DNA from: an uncultured Actinomycetes bacterium | GTDB taxonomy: Bacteria; Actinomycetota; UBA4738; HRBIN12 | Length of the DNA stretch: 64,000 nt | Direction of reading: 5' to 3' | NCBI GenBank assembly: GCA_963762075.1 | Contig: CAVXJC010000007.1 | Coordinates: forward strand, 65,920-129,919 | Shown here: positions 20,184-28,378 of the stretch, piece after piece | Layout: every line of letters begins with the position of its first letter | How positions within the stretch are numbered: the first letter of the stretch is position 1 | Program-made: the position numbers and the translations under genes | The notes under the pieces: generated by a model | Told to the model about the DNA's origin: nothing | Seen by the model: only the letters and a program-made list of their open reading frames with translations | The model's database searches: none

Positions 20184-20869
20184 GCGATCACCGCCCAAGA
20201 CTCGATCACGGATTCGATGTCGCCGCGATTGCGGCCGAAGCACTCCGCACTGCAGAGGACGGCCAACACGTACACCTTGTCAGACGCCGGATCCATGTAG
20301 GCCGTCTGCGAGATGTGCACGAAACGGTCGTCGAAGAACACGTCGGTTCCACCGGTCGACGTGTTGCCCTCCAGTGCCGATGCCCAGATCTGAGCTTCGA
20401 AATGAAGGCCGCGGAATCCGTCCTTCTCGATGCGGTCGTCGTACGCCAAGAGTTGAACCGCCTCACGCCCGACTTGATCCTGGATCTGGTCGATCGGGAC
20501 GATCAGGTTCCGCAGCGCCCCATAGTTGATGCCGTCGCGCTGCTCCGCCGTGAGGCGGAGCACGACCGCGATGCCCTGAGGGTAGTCGGAGAAGTAACCC
20601 CGTTGGTTCATCACGTTCCCCACGTCGGGCGAAGGGTCGGCGTCGATCCCGATCAACCACTCCACCGGATCGGGTGTGTTGACCGGCGGACCCGCTGTCT
20701 CGCCCTGTAACGTCGCTTCATCGAAGACGGTCCATTCGATCGGCACCTTGAACGCCGTCTTCGCCTCGGCGTTGCGAACGTACTCGTAGCTGGGCGAGCC
20801 GCAGGCCGCGAGGATCGTCGCAACCGCGAGTGCGGCCGCGCACGCCGGAACGCTACGGCGACGTGTCAT
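20180..20869 (-). CDS. putative lipoprotein (function unknown)
   Basis: Signal peptide plus lipobox (AAALAVATILAAC/GS). 229 aa. Its stop overlaps the FtsH-like gene's start. Confidence 0.65.
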   Translation of the reverse strand: MTRRRSVPACAAALAVATILAACGSPSYEYVRNAEAKTAFKVPIEWTVFDEATLQGETAGPPVNTPDPVEWLIGIDADPSPDVGNVMNQRGYFSDYPQGIAVVLRLTAEQRDGINYGALRNLIVPIDQIQDQVGREAVQLLAYDDRIEKDGFRGLHFEAQIWASALEGNTSTGGTDVFFDDRFVHISQTAYMDPASDKVYVLAVLCSAECFGRNRGDIESVIESWAVIA

Positions 20870-20952
20870 CGCATCATCATCTCACGCTTCTTCGGAAGGG
20901 TTCCTCGTTCGGATGACTCATCGGCACGTGACGATCGAACCTCGAGGGAACG

Positions 20953-21396
20953 TCAGCCGCGGAGGGGGCGGCGTTCGAACGGTATCGACAGGGCGATCGT
21001 CGTCCTGGTGTCGACGTTGGCCTTCTCGCGGAGGCGTCGGATCAGGTCCTCCAGGTCGGCCGTCGTGCGCGTGCGCACCTTGAGCACGTAGTTCGTCTCC
21101 CCGGCAACGCTGAGACAGTCCTCGACCTCAGGGAACTCGGCGACCCGGTCGGGCAGATCGTCGGGCTGGCGAGGATCGAGGGGCGAGGCGGCGATCAGGG
21201 CCGTCACGAACAGTCCGAGCGCCTGCGGGTCGACGACCGCCGAGTAGCCGCGGATCACGCCCTGATGCTCGAGCTTGCGCACCCGGTCGTGCACCGCCGA
21301 GGCCGACAGACCGACGCGCGCCGCCACGTCGGCGTAGGTCGCTCGGGCATCGTCCTGCAGAGCGGCGACGATGTCGCGGTCTCTCTCATCGAGCAT
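20953..21396 (-). CDS. Lrp/AsnC family transcriptional regulator
   Basis: N-terminal HTH (RATYADVAARVGLSASAVHDRVRKLE) plus a C-terminal RAM/AsnC_trans_reg domain. 147 aa. Confidence 0.85.
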   Translation of the reverse strand: MLDERDRDIVAALQDDARATYADVAARVGLSASAVHDRVRKLEHQGVIRGYSAVVDPQALGLFVTALIAASPLDPRQPDDLPDRVAEFPEVEDCLSVAGETNYVLKVRTRTTADLEDLIRRLREKANVDTRTTIALSIPFERRPLRG

Positions 21397-21486
21397 GGGG
21401 CAATCATAGGTGGCCCTCGGCAGCCATGGACGTCGGCGGGCATCGGCCGATCGCTCCCCGCGGCGACGTTCGACCTATGACCCGGG

Positions 21487-22356
21487 GTGACCTCGAGACG
21501 CTGGTGCGGCCGATTGCGCCGACTCCGACGAGCGCGGTACAACCCATTCGAGATCGGCGCCGACCTCCTTCCGGCAGCCGGCAACGGCATGAGAGGAGGG
21601 CGGTTGCATCACATGCGCCCGCCGACATCGTTCGAGCGGGCCGACGGTCCCATCCGACTCGAGGTGGTCTCGAAGCCGGACGGGGGATCGCGCCTGCTCG
21701 CCCACTTGCCAGAGGGTGACCGACGGCGCTACGAGGCAGCCGTGGCCGCGGTGACGCCCAGGGTCGAACGGGCCTTGGGCGTGGGCGTCCTCGCGAACCG
21801 GGCCCGGACATCGGGCCCGCGACTCGAGCTCGAGCCCTGGAGGCTCGCCCGACGCAGGTACGAGCGAGGGCTGCGTGCCGCGACGAGCGGGCCGGGCCGC
21901 GCCGCCTTCGTCGGCGATGTGCGCGATTGCTACCGCTCGATCAGGCCCGCTACGGTCGACCGGGCACTCGTCGCGATGGGGGAGACACCCGACCGCATCG
22001 AACGCCTCACGACGGTTCTGAGGAGCTTCGAGGCCCGCGGGGGCAGGGGCCTGCCGATCGGACCCGCCCCCTCGGCGGTGCTGGCCAACGCGGTGCTCGC
22101 ACCGGTCGACGCTGCGCTCGTGGAATCCGGCGACGGCCCCGTCTATCGCTGGGTCGACGACGTGGTGGTGCTCACCGCCGACGTCGCTCGTGCTCGCCGA
22201 GTGGCACTCGCGTTCCGTCGCGCATTGAGCGTTCTCGGGCTGTCGGCCAACGAGTCGAAGTGCCGCATCACCGATGACCCGTTCGTGCTCGTGGCTGCCG
22301 CCTCGACGACGTCCATCTCCTGCACCCCGCGGCGTGGCATGATGCGCGCGCCGTGA
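21487..22356 (+). CDS. compact reverse transcriptase-like protein (retron/DGR-like RT domain, no thumb)
   Basis: RT motifs 1 (RLEVVSKPDGGSRLL), 2 (DRRRYEA), A (FVGDVRDCYRSI), B' (GLPIGPAPSAVLANAVL), C (YRWVDDVVVL) and E (LGLSANESKCRI). The start is uncertain: GTG at 21487, or ATG at 21613 with a GGAGG about 14 nt upstream. Its stop overlaps the downstream start as GTGA. Confidence 0.7.
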   Translation: MTSRRWCGRLRRLRRARYNPFEIGADLLPAAGNGMRGGRLHHMRPPTSFERADGPIRLEVVSKPDGGSRLLAHLPEGDRRRYEAAVAAVTPRVERALGVGVLANRARTSGPRLELEPWRLARRRYERGLRAATSGPGRAAFVGDVRDCYRSIRPATVDRALVAMGETPDRIERLTTVLRSFEARGGRGLPIGPAPSAVLANAVLAPVDAALVESGDGPVYRWVDDVVVLTADVARARRVALAFRRALSVLGLSANESKCRITDDPFVLVAAASTTSISCTPRRGMMRAP

Positions 22357-23862
22357 GGACCCTGTATCGAGCTGCGCTCGTGCGAACCCAGACCTACCCC
22401 GAGTCGGGGGAGTGGTTGCTCGTCGACGACCGGCACGTGCAACGAGTCGGCGTCGGCACACCGCCCGACGCCGACAGGGTGGTCGACCTTCCCGGGGCGA
22501 CGATCGTGCCTGGGTTCATCGACAGCCACGTGCATCTCACCGAGACCGGGCTGTCGCTCGCCCAGGGCGATGTCGAGGCCGCCCGCTCGGCCGGTGACCT
22601 CGTCGCGGTGGTGCGGGGCCGGGCAACCGAGGGCGATGGGCCGATCTTCCTGCTCGGTTACGACGAATCGGCATGGGAGCGGCCGGTCCTTCCGACGATC
22701 GACGAGCTCGACGACGTCAGCGCTCGACCTCTGGTTGTGCGCCGCGCCGACGGGCACATCGCGCTCGCCAACCGGGCGGCGCTCGAGGCCGCGCGTGTGC
22801 TCGACCTTCCAGGCGTGGAGCGCGACGGCGCGGGGCAGCCGACGGGACGTCTGACCCGCCAGGCGAACGCTGCGATCGGCCTGTGGGCCATGACGGTGCT
22901 CGACGATCTCGAGCGCCAGGATCTGCAGCTCCAGGCCGCGTCGCTCGCCGCTTCCAGAGGCATCACGGCGGTGCACGAGATGTCGATGCCGCACTGGAGC
23001 GGCGAGCGCGATCTGGAGGTCCTGCTCGCGCACCGTGAACGTCTGCCCATCGACGCTCTGCCGATCGTCGCTTCCACCGACCTCGGTGCCGCCATGCAGC
23101 GCGGGCTCTCGGCGATCGGAGGCGATCTTCCGGTCGACGGCTCGATCGGCGCGATGACGGCCTGGGTGAGCGAGCCCTACGTCGATGGCGCCGACGGATG
23201 TCGGCTACTGCGCCGACGACGAGCTGGCGGAGCTCTTCCACGGAGGACATGCGGCCGGGCTGCAGGTGGGGGTGCACGCGATCGGGGACCGGGCGATCGA
23301 TCAGGTCCTCTCGGTGTGGGAACGTGTCTACCACGCGCTCGATTCGCGCGAGCGCCGGCACTTCCGGGCCAGGCGGCATCGCATCGAGCATTTCGAGATG
23401 GTCTCGCCGCCGCAGCTGGAACGCGCCGCGATGCTCGGGCTCGCCGCGTCGGTACAACCGGCGTTCGACGCGACCTGGGGCATGCCGGGCGGCCTCTACG
23501 AGCAGCGACTGGGGGCGGAACGTGCCCGACGCATGAACCCGTTCCGCACGATGGTGGAACGCGGCATCGAGGTCGGGCTCGGTTCCGACGCTCCGATAAC
23601 AGCACTCGACCCGATGCGCGCGATCGATGCGGCCGAGCGCCACCACGATCGAGCGCAGCGGTTGTCGCGGCTCGAGGCGATCCGGCTCCACACGATCGGC
23701 TCGGCACGCATCGGTCACCAGGAGGGCAAGAAGGGCTCGCTCTCGCCGGGGATGCATGCGGACTTCGCAGCCTTCGGGTCCGATCCCTTCACCGAACCGT
23801 CGCTCGAGGGTCTGCGGCCGATGCTCACGGTCTCGCTGGGCCGGGAGGTCTTCGTCGGATGA
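22353..23862 (+). pseudogene. amidohydrolase family 3 (metal-dependent TIM-barrel hydrolase), frameshifted
   Basis: N-terminal part in frame 0 (PGFIDSHVHL ... EPYVDGADG). The C-terminal part continues in frame +1 from about 23200 (...GLQVGVHAIGD...HADFAAF...). One-nucleotide frame change near 23185-23210. Confidence 0.7.
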
Positions 23863-24202
23863 GCGCCTTGTCACTCTTTCTGTGCATCGACGGTTGACCT
23901 CTCAGCGTTCGCGGCAGTACCGTGCGGGCCGCGCCACCGCTTCGGCGGCGGCGCACGAGGGTCCGAGTGGCTGAGTAGAGAACGTGGCGCCCCGGCGTCG
24001 CGGCCCCAAAGGTCACTCGGGCCCTCACGTTCTCCCCCTCTGTCTTCGGAACGGGAATCTCTCGCGGTGTGCTCGCGTTCAATCGGTTCCGTGTGACGTT
24101 CGTGCGTCGGTCGATCACGCCGCCGCAACGTGGTTGCACGAGCGAGAAGGGGAAGTAGGATACGCGCGCATCGAAGGGGTCCGGCCCTTCGGAGGGAATG
24201 AG

Positions 24203-24574
24203 ATGAGCGACACGATGAGCGATATCGAAGAACCGAGCGAAGACGAGGCGCCGTCCGAAGAGCACGACGACGAGGAGCCCACCGAGGCCGATCTCGCCGA
24301 TGCAACCGTGCCTCCCGATCCAGCCACCGGGGGCGACGTCGAGTCGATCCAGGAGCTGCTCGTCAAGCAAGAGGCAGCCGACGAGGCCGACGCCGATGAA
24401 GAAGAGGAAGCGGTGATCGCTCTCACCAAGGAAGAGCGCCTGGCCGCCGACCCGGCGGAGTCCCGGGTCATCCCGATCCAAGAGACCGAGTTCGTCTGCA
24501 AGCGCTGCTTCCTGGTGAAACATCGCAGCCAGCTGGCCGACAAGAAGCGGACGCTGTGCCGCGACTGCGCCTAG
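24203..24574 (+). CDS. DUF4193-like acidic protein with C-terminal zinc-binding motif
   Basis: Acidic N-terminus and C-terminal EFVCKRCFLVKHRSQLAD...LCRDC. RBS ggaggga upstream of the ATG at 24203. Confidence 0.65.
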   Translation: MSDTMSDIEEPSEDEAPSEEHDDEEPTEADLADATVPPDPATGGDVESIQELLVKQEAADEADADEEEEAVIALTKEERLAADPAESRVIPIQETEFVCKRCFLVKHRSQLADKKRTLCRDCA

Positions 24575-26847
24575 AGGCGCGTCCCGCTCTTCCGCTCGCG
24601 CTCCTGATCGCAGCGACCTCGGGTCTGCTGTTGTCGGTGGCCTTCCCCCCGGCGGGTCTTTGGCCCGTTGCGTTCATCGCGGTGGTGCCCCTGATGTGGC
24701 TGCTCACCGCCACCGGACCTCGACGGGGGTTCGCACTGGGGCTCGTGTACGGGCTGGCGTTCCACGGAGCGACGCTGTACTGGATCCTTCGTTTCGGCGA
24801 ACTGGCGTGGGTTGCCGTGACCATCGTGTCCGCGCTGTGGCTCGGGGTGTTCGGCGCGCTCGTCCCGGCCTTCCTGCGCCGTGAGCGCCCCGTGGTGAAC
24901 GTGCTCGCGATCGCGTCGCTATGGACGGTGCTGGAATGGCTGAAGGGGATGTGGCCGCTCGGAGGATTCTCCTGGGGCACGATCGGGGTCTCCCAGGTCG
25001 ATAACCTCGCCACGGTCCGCCTCGGCACCGTCGCGGGCGTGTGGGGGGTGACGTTCGCCGTCGTCGCGGTCAACGCCGCGCTGGCTCAGTTCGCCGGCGG
25101 GGGAGGGGGGCGCGACGTCACGGTGGGCCGCGCCGGCGCCCTCGCCGGAGCCGCGACGCTCGCGATCGCCCCCTTGGCGTTGCCGTTCGCGAGCGCCGAC
25201 GGCCAGGCGATCGACATCGCGACGCTCCAGGTCGATGTGCGCGAAGCCGAGAACCAGACCACGGTGAGCGAGGATCTCCGCGTCGCGCAGCTGAACATCG
25301 CACAGCACCGGCTCTTGGACCAGGGGACTCCGCCCGATCTGGTCGTCTGGGGTGAGGGCGCCCTCGACCCGGCGGCGGCGGCCGATCCTGCGGTCCGTGA
25401 GCTCGTCGCTCGAGTCGTGTCCGAGCTCGGTGTGCCGACGATCGTCGGCGCGGTCATCGATGATGCAGACGGGGGCCAGCACACCTCGGTGTTGCAGCTC
25501 GACCCGACCGGCGCCGAGGTCGACCGCTACGACAAGACCCATCTCGTGCCCTTCGGCGAGTACATCCCGTTCCGCTCGCGGCTGGGTTGGATCGACGCGA
25601 TCGACCAGGTGCCCGTGGATCGAGAGCCCGGGCACGGCACCCGTCTCCTGACCAGCCCGGGCCTGCCGCCGTTCAGCACCCCGATCTGCTTCGAGAACTC
25701 CTTCCCCGCGATCACACGGTCGATCGTCGATCGGGGCGCCGGGTTCGTCGTCGTCCCCGTGAACAACGCCTCGTACGGCTTCACCGCCGCGAGCGCGCAG
25801 CACCTGCAGATGTCGCAGATGCGGGCGATCGAGACCGGGCGCTGGTACGTGAACGCCGCGATCTCGGGCATCAGCGCGTTCGTGGATCCGGCGGGACGCA
25901 TCGTCGCCTCGGTCCCGTTGTTCGAGACCGATATCCTTCGCCGCACCATCAGGGCCTCCGACGAACGGACGTGGTACGTGAGGCTGGGGGACTGGCTCCC
26001 CTGGCTCGCCCTCGGATCCCTGGCCGTCGTGTTCGCGGCACCCCCCCGCCGCACGCGCTCCCGTCCTGTCCCGCTTCCCCTCGGACCCGGTGAGCGTCGC
26101 ACCCTCGTGATCCTGCCCACCTACGAGGAACGCGCCACCGTGGAGCAGGTGTTGAGGGGCGTCCGCAAGGCTCCGCACGATGTCGACCTGCTCGTCGTGG
26201 ACGACTCGTCGCCCGACGGGACGGCCGCGGTCGTCCGCGACGTGATGTCGACCGAACCACATATCCGACTCGTTCAGCGGCCGCATCGCTCCGGGCTCGC
26301 GAGCGCCTACCTCGAAGGGTTCCTCCGGGCGCTCGACGAGGGTTACGACCTGATCGTCGAGATGGATTCGGACCTCTCACACGATCCCGCGGAGCTGCCG
26401 AGGCTGCTCGACGCGGCCGCCGCGGGCGCCGATCTCGCCGTCGGAAGCCGGTACGTACCGGGCGGCTCGGTGTCGAATTGGAGTCGGGCCCGCGTCGCCT
26501 TATCGCGAGCAGGCAACACCTATGCGCGCTTCATGCTCGGTCTCCCGCTGCATGACGCCACGAGCGGGTTCCGTGTCTACCGGCGGGCGCTCCTCGCCGA
26601 GCTCATGACCAACCGGATCGCCTCGGAGGGGTACGGTTTCCAGATCGAGTTGGTCATGCGATCCTGGCAGCTCGGAGCCACCTTGGTCGAGGTGCCGATC
26701 ACGTTCCGCGAACGTGAGCACGGGCACTCGAAGATCTCACGCCGAATCGTCGTCGAGGCCCTGTGGCTCGTGACCCGCTGGGGCGTGACCGACCGGCTCA
26801 AGGCCAGGAACTCGAGGGGAACGATGTTGGACCCCGCTTCCCCATAA
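24556..26847 (+). CDS. ppm1: bifunctional apolipoprotein N-acyltransferase (Lnt)-like / polyprenol-monophosphomannose synthase Ppm1
   Basis: N-terminal polytopic membrane plus CN-hydrolase domain (Lnt-like). The C-terminus is GT2 Ppm synthase (LVILPTYEERATV...VVDDSSPDGT...). The Lnt-Ppm fusion is as in M. tuberculosis Ppm1. Confidence 0.85.
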   Translation: MPRLRLEARPALPLALLIAATSGLLLSVAFPPAGLWPVAFIAVVPLMWLLTATGPRRGFALGLVYGLAFHGATLYWILRFGELAWVAVTIVSALWLGVFGALVPAFLRRERPVVNVLAIASLWTVLEWLKGMWPLGGFSWGTIGVSQVDNLATVRLGTVAGVWGVTFAVVAVNAALAQFAGGGGGRDVTVGRAGALAGAATLAIAPLALPFASADGQAIDIATLQVDVREAENQTTVSEDLRVAQLNIAQHRLLDQGTPPDLVVWGEGALDPAAAADPAVRELVARVVSELGVPTIVGAVIDDADGGQHTSVLQLDPTGAEVDRYDKTHLVPFGEYIPFRSRLGWIDAIDQVPVDREPGHGTRLLTSPGLPPFSTPICFENSFPAITRSIVDRGAGFVVVPVNNASYGFTAASAQHLQMSQMRAIETGRWYVNAAISGISAFVDPAGRIVASVPLFETDILRRTIRASDERTWYVRLGDWLPWLALGSLAVVFAAPPRRTRSRPVPLPLGPGERRTLVILPTYEERATVEQVLRGVRKAPHDVDLLVVDDSSPDGTAAVVRDVMSTEPHIRLVQRPHRSGLASAYLEGFLRALDEGYDLIVEMDSDLSHDPAELPRLLDAAAAGADLAVGSRYVPGGSVSNWSRARVALSRAGNTYARFMLGLPLHDATSGFRVYRRALLAELMTNRIASEGYGFQIELVMRSWQLGATLVEVPITFREREHGHSKISRRIVVEALWLVTRWGVTDRLKARNSRGTMLDPASP

Positions 26848-26862
26848 TGTGCATTATGTCAC

Positions 26863-28378
26863 TTAGTCAGAAGAGAGGCCCTCATCGTCCCGCCCCCACC
26901 GCAATCGCAGTCGCCGGGCGGCCTTCGCCTCGTCGAGGCGCCGAACCGGCGTGGTCACGGGCGCTTCGCGGAGAAGGTCGGGGTTCGTGTGCGCCTCGCG
27001 TGCCGCCTGCAGGAACGCATCGGCCATGGCGTCGAGGGTCTGCTTCGACTCGGTCTCCGTCGGTTCCACCATCATCGCCTCGTCGACCACGAGCGGGAAG
27101 TACACCGTCGAAGGGTGGTAGCCGAGATCGATCAAGCGCTTCGCGACATCCATCGCTCGGACCCCCGTCTCGCGCTTGAGGGACGAGGCCGTCGAGACGA
27201 ACTCGTGCATCGGCGGCGCATCGGGATAGGCGAGCGGGAAGGCCTGGCTGAGCCGGGCGGCGAGGTAGTTCGCGTTCAACGACGGCGAGCTCGCTCACCC
27301 CCGTCAGTCCGTCACCTCCGTGGGCGAAGACATAGGCGTAGGCGCGAACCAGCACCCCGACGTTCCCGTGGAAGCCGTGGAGCCTGCCGATCGATCTGGG
27401 ACGGTCGCGATCCCACCGGAACGCGCCGCCATCGTCGCGAACGATGATCGGCGCCGGCAGGTATTCGACGAGACGGTCGGTCACACCCACGGGTCCGGCA
27501 CCCGGTCCTCCCCCGCCGTGGGGCGTCGCGAACGTCTTGTGGGTATTGATGTGCACGATGTCGAAGCCCATGTCGCCCGGGCGCGTCTTGCCCATGATGG
27601 CATTGAGGTTGGCGCCGTCGTAGTAGACGAGCGCGCCCGCCGAGTGCAGCATGCCGGTGATCTCCTCGATCCGCTCCTCGAAGAGTCCGAGCGTGTTCGG
27701 GTTCGTGAGCATGAGGCCCGCGACATCGTCGTCGACGAGCCCGCGGAGGGCCTCGACATCGACGAGACCCCGGTCGTCGGATGGCACGTTCACCGCGTCG
27801 AAGCCCGCCAACCGAACGCTCGCCGGGTTCGTGCCATGCGCCGCATCGGGGATGAGCACCTTCCCGCGTGCGCCCCCCGTGGCGCGTGGGTCGTCATGGA
27901 AGGCCCGCATGATCAAGAGTCCGGTCATCTCCCCGCACGCGCCAGCGGGCGGTTGCATCGTGGCTCGGGCCATGCCCGTGACCTCGCAGAGAGCCCGTTC
28001 GAGGCGCCAGAGCATCTCCAGCGTGCCCTGCACGGTGGCGTCGGGCTGCAGTGGATGGGCCCGCTGGAACCCAGGGAACGCCGCCACGGTCTCGGCGACC
28101 TTCGGGTTGTATTTCATCGTGCACGAGCCGAGCGGGTAGGGGCCCGTGTCGACCCCGTAGTTCTGTTGGGAGAGCCTCGTGTAATGGCGCACGAGATCGA
28201 TCTCGGCCACCTGCGGCAGCTCGGGTGGCCGTGCGCGCGCGTGCGCGGCGGGCAGGTCCGCCTCAGGCACGTCGAGCGGCGCGAACGCAGAGGCTCTGCG
28301 CCCGGGCGAGGACCGCTCCATGATCGTGCCGAGGGACGCGGCGGGGCCCTGCGTGCGTATCGGTGCACCCTCGCTCAC
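26863..28378 (-). pseudogene. gcvPB: glycine dehydrogenase (decarboxylating) subunit 2 GcvPB, apparent +1 frameshift
   Basis: N-terminal three-quarters lie in one frame (…YPLGSCTMKYNP…HINTHKTFATPHGGGGPG…TGVSELAV). The C-terminus (LNANYLAARL…EPTETESK…) lies in another frame from about 27279. GTGA overlap with gcvPA. Confidence 0.75.

Noticed and set aside
21487-22356. Group II intron-encoded RT
   Set aside because: No maturase/X or endonuclease domains are present and no intron RNA structure, such as a domain V-like hairpin, flanks the ORF. The ORF is far too short.
21475-22461. 328-aa minus-strand ORF, and minus-strand ORF 22963-23874
   Set aside because: Antisense to the RT and amidohydrolase genes. 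Arg/Gly-rich, with no domain signatures.
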